Below are positions 34,306 to 43,625 of a DNA stretch of 64,000 nt, piece by piece. Under the pieces are notes generated by a model that worked only from the letters and a program-made list of their open reading frames with translations, searched no databases and had not been told where the DNA came from. The stretch's first letter is position 1, and every line of letters begins with the position of its first letter. Source of the DNA: Terriglobia bacterium. Its GTDB lineage: Bacteria; Acidobacteriota; Terriglobia; JAJPHL01; JAPKYU01. The translations under genes and the position numbers were made by a program. The DNA lies in the NCBI GenBank assembly GCA_965223005.1, contig CBDCVK010000002.1, positions 448,001 through 512,000 on the forward strand, read 5' to 3'.

Positions 34306-35157
34306 ATGCGCTTGGAGATGGCACTGCGGCAAGGACTGCAGTTGCTGGAGGAATCCTCGGTGCCCTCACCGCGGATCGCGGCCGAGGTGCTGCTGATGCA
34401 CGCGCTCGGCTGCGAGCGGGCCCACCTCTATGCCCATCCGGAGCGTGAGCTGAGCGACTCGGAGCGCGTCCATTACGCGCGCTATCTGCGCGAGCGGATG
34501 AGCGGCAACCCCACCCAGTACATCACCGGGCACCAGGAGTTCTGGGGGATGGACTTTCGGGTGAGCCCGGCGGTCATGATCCCGCGGCCGGAGACCGAGC
34601 ACGTGGTGGAACGGATCGTGAAACTGTACCGGGCGATGGAGAGCGAGCGTCCGCCCGTCGTTGTGGATGCTGGCACCGGCTCAGGCTGCATTGCCGTTGC
34701 GGTGGCGGTCGAGCTGCCGCGGGCGCGGGTCGTCGCCACCGACGCGTCAGCAGCAGCCCTGGTTGTGGCCGCCAGCAACGCCTCCCGGCTGGGTGCCCGC
34801 CAGGTGAAGTTTTGCCGCTGCGATTGGCTCGGCGCCATCGGCACCGCTGTGGCTGACTTGGTGATGTCCAACCCGCCCTACATTCGGCTGGACCAGGCGG
34901 AAGCGCTGCAACGCGAGGTCCGCGATTTCGAGCCGCGCCATGCGGTGTTCGCCGGGCCTTTGGGCCTGGAAATCTACGCCACCTTGCTTCCCGAAGCGGC
35001 CCGCGTGCTGCGACCGGGCGGCTGGGCTGTTCTTGAGTTGGGCTATAATATGGCCGATGCCGTCCGCTCGCTACTAAGCGCGGAGTGGGACGAAGTCCAG
35101 TTCGAACAGGATCTGGCTGGAAACCTCCGAGTCATCTCCGCGCGCCGAGCGAGGTGA
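34306..35157 (+). CDS. prmC: Release factor glutamine methyltransferase
   Basis: IPRPETE, DAGTGSGCIA, SNPPY. Confidence 0.95.
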   Translation: MRLEMALRQGLQLLEESSVPSPRIAAEVLLMHALGCERAHLYAHPERELSDSERVHYARYLRERMSGNPTQYITGHQEFWGMDFRVSPAVMIPRPETEHVVERIVKLYRAMESERPPVVVDAGTGSGCIAVAVAVELPRARVVATDASAAALVVAASNASRLGARQVKFCRCDWLGAIGTAVADLVMSNPPYIRLDQAEALQREVRDFEPRHAVFAGPLGLEIYATLLPEAARVLRPGGWAVLELGYNMADAVRSLLSAEWDEVQFEQDLAGNLRVISARRAR

Positions 35158-35160
35158 ACC

Positions 35161-36405
35161 ATGCCAGCCGTAACCGGTTTGTCTCCCCGTACCATTCTCC
35201 ACGTGGACATGGACGCCTTCTTCGTCTCGGTGGAGGAACTGTTCGACCCCAGCCTGAAAGGCAAGGCGGTGGTCGTGGGTGGCGAACTGGTGTGGCGTAA
35301 CGGCCGCTGGACGGCGCCGCGTGGCGTGGTGGCGGCTGCCTCCTACGCCGCGCGCCCCTACGGCATCCATTCGGCAATGCCGCTGGCGCGCGCCTTTCGG
35401 CTCTGTCCGCAGGCGACTTTTCTTCCCGGGCACCCGGAGCGCTACAGGGAGGCTTCCGAGAAGATCCAGCGTATCTTCCAAACCTTCTCGCCGCGGGTGG
35501 AGATGGTCTCCATTGACGAAGCCTACCTGGACTTGAGCGGGAGCGAGCGCCTCTGGGGACCGCCGCTCGAAGCTGCGGCAAAGTTGCACCAGCAGGTGTG
35601 GCGCGAGACCCGGCTCCCTTGCTCGATCGGGGTGGCCACGTCGCGGCTGGTGGCCAAAGTCGCCTCCGAACTGGCGAAGCCCAAGGGGCTGTTGGCGATC
35701 CATCCAGGAAAAGAGGCACGTTTCCTGGCTCCCTTGCCTGTGCGCAAAATTCCCGGTGTCGGCAAGGTGACCGAGAAGCGCTTGCGGCAACTGGGACTGG
35801 CTACCGTGGCCGATGTGGCTCGGGCCGGCGCCGAGTTGCTGGAGGAAGTGTTGGGCAAGCATGGAGCCGCGCTGTTCCGCCAGTCGTCCGGGCAGGATGC
35901 CGGCGGCTGGTTTGAGGGTGAGGTTGGCGAATTGGAAAATGCCAAGTCCGTCGGCCACGAGACGACCTTCTCGGAGGACACCGCCGACCGCGAGCGGCTG
36001 CTGGCAACCATCTCCGAGCTTTCGCAGATGGTTGGCCACCGCCTGCGGGAGAATCACTTCTTCGCCCGGACCGTGACGCTGAAACTGCGCTATTCCGATT
36101 TTCGCACCCTGACCCGGGCGCGCACCCTGCCGCAAGCCACCGACCTGGACGGCGAACTGTTTCGCACCACTTCGGAGCTGTTCCGCGCCGCCTGGAATGG
36201 GCGGCCGGTGCGGCTGCTCGGGGTGCAGGCTAGCGCCTTGGACCATCGCCCGGGGCAAATGAGCTTGCTGGATGCGGATCGGCGGCGGAAATGGGAGCAG
36301 GCGCTGGAAGCAGCCGACCGGGTGCGTGATCGCTTCGGCTTCGACGCTGTCCAGCTTGCCGGCGGCCTGCGGGGCAGGAAGCGCTCCCGCTCAGAATCTC
36401 CGTGA
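35161..36405 (+). CDS. dinB: DNA polymerase IV
   Basis: HVDMDAFFVSVE, SYAAR, SIDEAYLD, AKVASELAKPKG. Confidence 0.95.
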   Translation: MPAVTGLSPRTILHVDMDAFFVSVEELFDPSLKGKAVVVGGELVWRNGRWTAPRGVVAAASYAARPYGIHSAMPLARAFRLCPQATFLPGHPERYREASEKIQRIFQTFSPRVEMVSIDEAYLDLSGSERLWGPPLEAAAKLHQQVWRETRLPCSIGVATSRLVAKVASELAKPKGLLAIHPGKEARFLAPLPVRKIPGVGKVTEKRLRQLGLATVADVARAGAELLEEVLGKHGAALFRQSSGQDAGGWFEGEVGELENAKSVGHETTFSEDTADRERLLATISELSQMVGHRLRENHFFARTVTLKLRYSDFRTLTRARTLPQATDLDGELFRTTSELFRAAWNGRPVRLLGVQASALDHRPGQMSLLDADRRRKWEQALEAADRVRDRFGFDAVQLAGGLRGRKRSRSESP

Positions 36406-37763
36406 TACCTCCGTCTGTGACTCCACCCTTGAGCACGCGTCGCGAACGAGCCGTCGGCGTGGTTCAGCATCTGCGTGAGCAGGGCTATCAGGCCTACTTT
36501 GTCGGCGGCTGTGTGCGCGACCTGTTGCTCGAACGCGAGCCGGCCGACTACGACGTGGCCACCGACGCGACCCCCGAGGTGGTGCTCGGCTTGTTCCCGC
36601 GCACGCTGGCGGTCGGGGCGCAGTTCGGAGTAGTCCTGGTGGTGGAGGACGGCCAGCAGATCGCCGTAGCCACCTTCCGCAACGACGGCCCTTATCCGGA
36701 CGGCCGGCATCCGCAGCAGGTCAGCTATACGCGCGACCCGCGCGAAGACGTGCTGCGGCGCGACTTCACTATCAACGGCCTGCTCTACGATCCGCTGCCT
36801 GCCGCCCCGGCGCCACAGCTGCTGGATTACGTGAGCGGCGAAGCCGACCTGCGCGCCGGCCTCATCCGCACCATCGGCGACCCTGGCGACCGCTTCAGCG
36901 AAGACCGGCTGCGCATGCTGCGCGCCGTCCGCTTTGCCACCCGCTTCGGCTTTCGGATCGAGGACGCCACCTGGGAGGCCGTCTGCGATTCGCATGCGGC
37001 TATTGCGCAGGTGAGCCGGGAGCGTGTCCGCGACGAGTTGCTGAAGATCCTCACCGAGAGCGGTGCCCGCCGTGGCTTCGAGTTGCTGGATGAAAGCGGC
37101 CTGCTGGCCGATCTGCTGCCCGAGGTGACGGCCATGAAGGGGGTCGAGCAGCCGCCGCAGTTCCATCCCGAAGGCGACGTCTGGACGCACACGCTGCTGA
37201 TGCTGGAAAAGCTGGCCAGTCCTTCGCCCACGCTGGCCCTGGGCGTGCTGCTGCACGACGTGGGCAAGCCACCCACTTTCCGGCAGGCTGAGCGCATTCG
37301 CTTCGACAACCACGCACCGGTGGGGGCGCGGATGACCGAGCGCATTTGCGAGCGGCTTCGTCTCTCTCGGCGGGACACCGAACAGGTGGTGGCGCTGGTC
37401 GAACACCACTTGCGGTTCAAGGACGTGACGCAGATGCGGCCTGCAAAGTTGAAGCGCTTTCTCCAGATGGAGCGCTTCGAGGAACACCTGGAGCTGCACC
37501 GGCTGGATTGCCTCAGCAGCCACCGCAACCTGGAAAATTGGGAATTCGTCCGGCAGCAGCTAGCCGAGACGCCCCCGGAGGAAATTCGTCCCCGGCCGCT
37601 GGTCACCGGCGATGACCTGATTGCGTTGGGATATCAGCCGGGGCCGCGCTTCAAGGAAATTCTGCAGGCGATCGAAGACGCCCAACTGGAGGGCGAAGTG
37701 AAGAGCAAGAACGAAGCGCTGACCCTGGCGCGTCGCCAATTCCCGCTCCCCCCGAAGCCCTAG
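36402..37763 (+). CDS. cca: CCA tRNA nucleotidyltransferase with HD domain
   Basis: VGGCVRD, DYDVAT, RRDFTIN, EDRLRMLRAVRF, HDVGK. Confidence 0.88.
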   Translation: MIPPSVTPPLSTRRERAVGVVQHLREQGYQAYFVGGCVRDLLLEREPADYDVATDATPEVVLGLFPRTLAVGAQFGVVLVVEDGQQIAVATFRNDGPYPDGRHPQQVSYTRDPREDVLRRDFTINGLLYDPLPAAPAPQLLDYVSGEADLRAGLIRTIGDPGDRFSEDRLRMLRAVRFATRFGFRIEDATWEAVCDSHAAIAQVSRERVRDELLKILTESGARRGFELLDESGLLADLLPEVTAMKGVEQPPQFHPEGDVWTHTLLMLEKLASPSPTLALGVLLHDVGKPPTFRQAERIRFDNHAPVGARMTERICERLRLSRRDTEQVVALVEHHLRFKDVTQMRPAKLKRFLQMERFEEHLELHRLDCLSSHRNLENWEFVRQQLAETPPEEIRPRPLVTGDDLIALGYQPGPRFKEILQAIEDAQLEGEVKSKNEALTLARRQFPLPPKP

Positions 37764-37855
37764 CGTCCGCTGCATCCTCGGCGTGAGAACAACTGCAGGG
37801 TCCCTAAGAGAAGCATCCGCAAAGCCTGCTGGGTAGGGGCTGGCGGCCAACGGAA

Positions 37856-38188
37856 CTACATGCTCAGCTTGTCGGCCACGTTGCGCATCTGCACGCCGTG
37901 CACCAGCGAGGAACCGCCGCGGATGGCGGCCGCCACGTGCACGGCCTCGGTCATCTGCTCCAGGTTTGAACCCTTCTCCAGGCAGGTTTGGGTGTAGGAG
38001 TCAATGCAGTAGGGACACTGCACCGTGTGGGCCACCGCCAGGGCGATCAGCGCCTTCTCCCTTTCCGACAGGGCGCCTTCGGCGAATACCGCCCCATACC
38101 ACTGGCTGAATTTGTCCCACAGCTCGCCTGCGTTTTGCCCGATAGAAGGGAACTTGGCCAGGTCGTCCGGATGGTAGTAGGTGTTCAT
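37856..38188 (-). CDS. AhpD/CMD-family peroxidase-like protein (TIGR04169-like)
   Basis: REKALIALAVAHTVQCPYCID, EAVHVAAAIRGG.SLVHGVQM. Confidence 0.85.
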   Translation of the reverse strand: MNTYYHPDDLAKFPSIGQNAGELWDKFSQWYGAVFAEGALSEREKALIALAVAHTVQCPYCIDSYTQTCLEKGSNLEQMTEAVHVAAAIRGGSSLVHGVQMRNVADKLSM

Positions 38189-38355
38189 GGACTCACCCTA
38201 GCATAGTCCTGCAGCAGTTGTACGTGGCGCAGGGCGGGTGCGCTCGCATGCGGAGTTGCCCATGCCCGGCTTACGCCGAGCGCAACCGGTTGGGCCTGTA
38301 GCGTGTCTTAGAGGGAAGGAGTAAGATATTCGTCAGCGAGTGAAGGCGCACCTGG

Positions 38356-39303
38356 ATGGAGATCCTGGATCTGCGGCAAATACGGTCGCGCGACCTGGAA
38401 GCTCTGCTGCAAGAAGAAAGCCGCTTGTGGCACGAGCAACTGCGCTGGGATTACTCGAGTTCGGTCGACCTGGTCCGGCGGTTTCTGGACGCCCGCGCCC
38501 TAACCGGTTACGCGGCGCTGGAGCAGGGCCGCCCTGTCGGCTACGCGTTCTTCGTCTACGAGGACCACAAAGGACTGATCGGCGACCTGTTTGTTTCTCA
38601 CGCGTACAGCGGTGGCACCGAGGGGCAGTTGCTGGACCACGTGATTGAGACCATGCAGCAGACGCCAGGCATTCGCCGGATTGAGGCGCAGCTGTTGGCT
38701 TTCAACGCTGGTGCGCTGGAGCCGACCTTTCGGCGGGAGCATTTCCAGGTGTTTCCGCGCCAATTCATGTTGCTGGAGTTGGACGGGGTGCCGACCCTGG
38801 AACCGCGCCCGCTGGCCGGTGTGGCGCTGATCGACTGGAAGGAACGTCACCTGGCGGGAGCCACCAGCCTGATTGCACGGGCCTATCATGGGCACATCGA
38901 CAGCCAGATTAACGACCAGTACTGCAGCAACGCCGGGGCTGCCCGCTTCCTGAAGAACATCATAAAGTACCCGGGCTGTGGAGCCTTCTATGCACCAGCC
39001 TCGTTTCTGGCTGTCCACCAAGAGGCGGGACAGGTATGCGGCCTGGTCCTGGGCTCGGTGGTGCATCCTGATATTGGCCATATCACCCAGGTCTGCGTGA
39101 CCCCCGAATTTCACGGCGCCGGGATTGGCTTTGAGTTGGTCCGGCGAAGCGCGGAAGTGTTCCGGCGGGCAGGATTCGCCGGCCTCAGCTTAACGGTGAC
39201 CTCGGCCAACCAGCAGGCCCTCCAACTTTACGAACGGATGGGCTTCCAAACTCTGAAGGAGTTCTCCGCCTATGTTTGGAACGCCGGCAGCGCCTATGGC
39301 TGA
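38356..39303 (+). CDS. Tandem-domain GNAT acetyltransferase
   Basis: CVTPEFHGAGIG, N..A..LYERMGF; degenerate N-terminal GNAT. Confidence 0.85.
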   Translation: MEILDLRQIRSRDLEALLQEESRLWHEQLRWDYSSSVDLVRRFLDARALTGYAALEQGRPVGYAFFVYEDHKGLIGDLFVSHAYSGGTEGQLLDHVIETMQQTPGIRRIEAQLLAFNAGALEPTFRREHFQVFPRQFMLLELDGVPTLEPRPLAGVALIDWKERHLAGATSLIARAYHGHIDSQINDQYCSNAGAARFLKNIIKYPGCGAFYAPASFLAVHQEAGQVCGLVLGSVVHPDIGHITQVCVTPEFHGAGIGFELVRRSAEVFRRAGFAGLSLTVTSANQQALQLYERMGFQTLKEFSAYVWNAGSAYG

Positions 39304-39796
39304 CCCCAACGAACAAAAGGAAGACGGCCAGCAACTGGCACAGGAATACTTCCAGCGCGCCTACGCTCACCAGGTGAAGGGCGAACTGGAAGAAGCCATT
39401 GCGCTGTATAAACGCTCGCTCGAAATTCTGCCCACCGCGGAGGCGCACACCTTCCTGGGGTGGACCTACAGCTTCCAGCGCCGCTACGAAGAAGCGATCC
39501 AGGAGTGCGAGCGCGCCATTGAGGTTGATCCCACCTTCGGCAACCCGTACAACGACATCGGCGCCTATTTAATTGAGCTGAGTCGTTGGGAGGAGGCCCT
39601 GCCCTGGTTCGAGAAGGCGCTGAAGGCGTCCCGTTACGAGAACTATTTCTTCGCACACCTGAATAGCGGGCGCGTGCACGAGCACTTCCATCACTGGCCC
39701 GAGGCGGCCGAGTGCTACCGGCGCGCGCTCGAACAGAATCCCCAGTACCTGCTCGCCCACCAGGCCCTCCGCCGCCTGCAATCGCGATGGAACTAA
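39296..39796 (+). CDS. TPR protein
   Basis: AEAHTFLGWTYS, GNPYNDIGAYL; about 4 TPRs. Confidence 0.85.
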   Translation: MADPNEQKEDGQQLAQEYFQRAYAHQVKGELEEAIALYKRSLEILPTAEAHTFLGWTYSFQRRYEEAIQECERAIEVDPTFGNPYNDIGAYLIELSRWEEALPWFEKALKASRYENYFFAHLNSGRVHEHFHHWPEAAECYRRALEQNPQYLLAHQALRRLQSRWN

Positions 39797-39797
39797 C

Positions 39798-40085
39798 GTG
39801 CCCAACGTCCGCCTGGTAGTCTACTTTCACCTGTTGTGGACCTCAGTGCTGGGGGGCCTGGCGCTGTTGCTCAGCCTGCGCTTTCCCTACCGGGAGACTA
39901 CCCGCTGGTTCCGCCTGACGCTGGCCCTGGTGGTCGCCTGCGCCTTTGCCGTGCTTCCTCTGCTGTGGACCAATAGCTTCTCGCTGATCTGGCTGCCGGC
40001 CTCCGCTTTCGCAGTTGCCACAATCGCTTTCCTGATCTTCAGCGTCCAGGTGATTCGCAGCCATTTCCAGCGCCTGCGCCGCTGA
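39798..40085 (+). CDS. Small 3-TM membrane protein
   Basis: Three hydrophobic segments; starts 1 nt after the TPR stop. Confidence 0.6.
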   Translation: MPNVRLVVYFHLLWTSVLGGLALLLSLRFPYRETTRWFRLTLALVVACAFAVLPLLWTNSFSLIWLPASAFAVATIAFLIFSVQVIRSHFQRLRR

Positions 40086-40225
40086 GCCCTGCTGGCAAAG
40101 CCCCGGTGTGCATATCCTGTTGTAGGGGCGGACCTCCCCAAGGGCCCCACAGTCTGCAGTCCGTGCCCGCTTTCAAACCGCCTGGACGGCAAGGACTCTT
40201 CCCGCTACCTGTTAGAATGAGGGCG

Positions 40226-40494
40226 ATGAAGGGCCGGAGGAAGAAGGTCTTAGCGAGTCTGTTCCTGTTGGTTGTCGTGCCCCTCGCTGCTTGGCGAGCA
40301 CCCTCTTCGCGTAGCCTCCAATGGAGAGCGCACATCTTAACTCTCGAGTTTCAGGGTTTACTCCCGCACATGAAGTGGTCGGACTTGCTTCTCCTGATGA
40401 CGCCTAAGCGACTGGGGCTTCAGCCGCCATTGGGCGAGAGCAAAGCGCACTGGCGAAGAACCTTGTCCAGTTTTGTGGGAAACGCCTATAGGTG
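40226..40494 (+). pseudogene. 5' part of an FkbM-family methyltransferase gene (TM anchor), IS-interrupted and also frameshifted
   Basis: MKGRRKKVLASLFLLVVVPLAA; a second frame reads PCPVLWETPIG and continues as VFWG after the IS. Confidence 0.65.
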
Positions 40495-41930
40495 GAGAGT
40501 GTCTCACCTTTAGTTGAAAGTCGAGCGGCGGTTCGCTGACCTGGTTCCGTAGAATCGGGTTGGGAAACTTTCTGGAAAGGGGAACCGCCGTGCAGAGAAG
40601 CTACCACATCCTAGGCCGGAGCGATAGCCGAAGCTCCCGCAAACTGGCTGCCTACCTGGCTCGCCACGGGCAGTTTCTGCTGCCCTGGGTGGAGTTGATC
40701 GAACAATCGCGGTTAGCCGTCGACGAGCATCGACGTGGTGGGTAGGGCGGCGATTGAAGCGGTGCTGGAGTTGTCGGCCGCGCAGGTGGCCGGTCCACGC
40801 CGTCAGGGCCGGCGGCGCCGTGGGGTAGGCTGGTATGGGCGCCAGCGGGGACGGGTGCGCCTGAAGGAGAGAAAGTGGCCGTGCACAGGCCACGGCTCCG
40901 GCGGCCAGGCCGGGGAGCGGGGAAAGAAGTTCCCCTCCCGGCCTACGAAGCCATGCAGGAGGGCGAGGGTCTGGGGGCCCGGATGTTGGATATCTTGCTG
41001 CGGGGCGTCTCGACCCGGCAGTACCAGCGGGTGTTGCCGGAGATGGCGGACACCGTGGGTGTGTCGCGCTCCACGGTCAGCCGGGAAACGATGGAGGCTG
41101 CCGCAGCCGAGTTAGAACGTCTGTTGAACCGCCGCTTCGAGGAAGTAGAGTTGCTGATCCTCTACATCGACGGGATGGTGTTTGGCGACCATCACGTGAT
41201 TGCGGCTGTGGGCGTGGATGCGGAAGGGCACAAGCACGTGCTGGGGATTCAGGAGGGGGCTACGGAGAACGCCGCGGCCGTCCAGGACTTGCTGGAAGGT
41301 TTAGTGCGGCGAGGGGTGCAGCCGGCCCAGAAACGGCTGTTTGTGATCGACGGCTCGAAGGCCTTGCGGGCGGCGATCCGCGCCGTGTTCGGGGCCGAGC
41401 AGCCGGTGCAGCGCTGCCGCGCCCACAAGTTGCGCAACGTCCTGGACCGGTTGCCGGAGCCAGAGCGGGACCAGGTGCGGGCGGCGATGCGGGCCGCCTG
41501 GCGGTTGGATCCGAAGACCGGCAGGGCCAAGCTGGAGAAGTTGGCCCAATGGTTGGAGCGAGATTGTCCGGCCGCGGCGGCCAGCTTGCGGGAGGGTCTG
41601 GAGGAATGTTTCACCATCAACCGGCTGGGGCTTCCGGCTTCGCTGCATCGCTGTCTGGCCACCACCAATCTCATCGAGAGTCCGCAGGCGGGAGTGAGGT
41701 TGCGAACTCGCCGGGTGTGCCGCTGGCGGGATGCGGCCATGGTCCAGCGCTGGGTCGCCTCCAGCTTCCTGGCCACGGAGAAAAACTTCCGCCGCCTGAT
41801 GGGGTACCAGGACCTGTGGATGTTGAAAGCGATCCTCGAAGGATCAAAGTCGGCCACTCGACGGGAGGTGGCGTAGTATGATGGCTCCGAACCGCCGCTA
41901 CGAACTTTCAACTGAGTTCAGGACACCCTC
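40495..41930 (+). mobile_element. IS256-family insertion sequence, 1436 bp
   Basis: Imperfect TIRs 40495-40535 and 41888-41930; 8-bp TSD TATAGGTG at 40487-40494 and 41931-41938; DDE transposase. Confidence 0.93.
40590..41876 (+). pseudogene. IS256-family transposase with two N-terminal frameshifts; DDE core ORF 40875-41876 intact
   Basis: GVSTR, YIDG, VIDGSKAL, QRCRAHKLRN, TTNLIES; frame changes near 40728 and 40875. Confidence 0.85.
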
Positions 41931-42570
41931 TATAGGTGTCTTCTGGGGCCGGAGTAACGACGGTAACTTGTTGGGTGCTATGTTAATAGAACAGCTTTCT
42001 TGGGGAATATACCAGCGCGGAGCGGTGGTGATTCGAAGTGGAGATATTGTTTTCGATGTTGGATCCCATCTGGGCACCTTTTCCAGGTTTGCGCTGAATC
42101 GGGGGGCCCGGCTCGTAGTCGCTTTTGAACCGGAATCGACGAATATCACCTGCTATAAGCAAACTTTCCAGCGGGAAATCGAGGAAGGGCGCGTGATTCT
42201 GGTTGAGGCCGCCGCCTGGGAGACTCCGGGCACGCTCAGCTTCTCCGACGCAAAGCTGGACAACAGCGGGACAGGCATCGTCCGGCCCCCGGAGGATACC
42301 TGCCCTGGTGCAAAGGTGCCCGCCACCTCTATTGATGAAACTGTTTCTCGTTTGAATCTCGACCGGGTGGATTTCATCAAGATGGACATTGAAGGCGCAG
42401 AGAGGCATGCGCTGCGTGGAGCTCGGCGGAGCCTCGCTCGCTTCGGCCCCCGACTGGCCGTGTGTATCTACCATCGGTCGGATGACCCGGCGGTGATTCC
42501 CGAAGTGGTTTTCGCCGCGCGACCCTCCTACCAGATGTTTTCTTCTGAGGAGGCCGCGTATTTCTATTGA
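41878..42570 (+). CDS. FkbM-family methyltransferase catalytic half with IS-derived N-terminus
   Basis: VFDVGSHLG, VAFEPE, DFIKMDIEGAE, CIYH; first ~18 codons lie inside the IS end. Confidence 0.75.
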   Translation: MMAPNRRYELSTEFRTPSIGVFWGRSNDGNLLGAMLIEQLSWGIYQRGAVVIRSGDIVFDVGSHLGTFSRFALNRGARLVVAFEPESTNITCYKQTFQREIEEGRVILVEAAAWETPGTLSFSDAKLDNSGTGIVRPPEDTCPGAKVPATSIDETVSRLNLDRVDFIKMDIEGAERHALRGARRSLARFGPRLAVCIYHRSDDPAVIPEVVFAARPSYQMFSSEEAAYFY

Positions 42571-42896
42571 AGTCGTTTCGGGCATCTGGCCGGTGCCGGA
42601 GCCTGTGCCCTCGGCGTTGAAGCGCTCGATAGTGGGTCAGTTTCCGAGAAGCCGACTATTCACCCAACTGAAACCGGGATTGATAAACGCTAGGCAGTTA
42701 CTGTGGACCTATCAGGCATCGCTGGTGACAAGACGGTGTTCTCCTGCCGCTTGGACTCCGTCAATTGGGCAGCGGAAGACCACCGGCGTGACGGGCCGGG
42801 TCTCTACGGTGACTTGCCCATCGACGTCAGCAGATGGGGGTGTCCACCCCTTCAAGCACCTGGCCCGGCGCGTCGTGCGGTAAATTAGTGCGCGGG

Positions 42897-43196
42897 TTAA
42901 TAGCGGCTTCGGTTATATCCGCCACTTCTGTTCCGGGACCCGCCCCCCTCCGTCTTGGGGCGCGCTTCGTTCACGTTCAGGGCGCGGCCGTCCAGTTCTT
43001 TTCCATTCACTGCCCCGATTGCCTTGGCCGCTTCCTCGTCATTCGACATCTCAACAAAAGCGAAGCCACGAGCCCGGCCTGTGTCCCGGTCCGTGATTAC
43101 ATTGATGCGCGTGATCTCTCCGAGCGGCTCAAAGATAGCCCGCAGATCACTCTCCGTGGTGTTAAAACTCATGTTGCCGACATACAAGCTTTTCAT
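42897..43196 (-). CDS. RRM RNA-binding protein
   Basis: RNP2 LYVGNM, RNP1 RGFAFVEM, Gly/Arg-rich tail. Confidence 0.95.
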   Translation of the reverse strand: MKSLYVGNMSFNTTESDLRAIFEPLGEITRINVITDRDTGRARGFAFVEMSNDEEAAKAIGAVNGKELDGRALNVNEARPKTEGGGSRNRSGGYNRSRY

Positions 43197-43369
43197 TTCT
43201 CTTTGTCTCCTTAAAGTCGCCGCTCCGCCCGTGCGGAGCGGTCGCGTACCCGGCCGTCAGCACATTGCTGGAGACCGGCTATCTGGAATTTGATGGAGTC
43301 AATTGGGCAGGAAGCAAACGATAGAGGTAAATGCTTTCAGACAAACCGACTTCTTCAAATACGCGTGGT

Positions 43370-43378
43370 AGTATAACA
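43370..43378 (-). promoter_or_regulatory. Extended -10 promoter of the RRM gene
   Basis: Minus strand TG-T-TATACT about 175 nt upstream of the start. Confidence 0.5.
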
Positions 43379-43625
43379 CAGTAGGACAAGGATGTGGAAA
43401 AAAACTAAACGTCTAGAATCTACGTGCTTTCGGACTCAACAGATCGTCTTTTTCAGTACCCGTTTTCGAGACATCCCTGGTATACTTATAAGGTAAGGAA
43501 TTCCCATCGTAGGGCGCTAACTGCAACTTCGCTAGGCCCTAATACTGAACCACGAGCCGGCGTCTCTAAGCTACGATTTGGCTGTTCTCAGGCCGGCCGG
43601 TGTCCGGGTTGGTCAAGGAGGTTTC

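Noticed and set aside
32789-37523. Long antisense ORFs (32789-34021, 35074-36258, 36090-37523; similarly 56070-57176 and 61048-62145)
   Set aside because: Shadow frames of GC-rich genes with no recognisable motifs
40121-40151. GTAG-type REP-like palindrome (similar traces near 1254 and 38268)
   Set aside because: Single degenerate copies with no clear family or RAYT gene in the window
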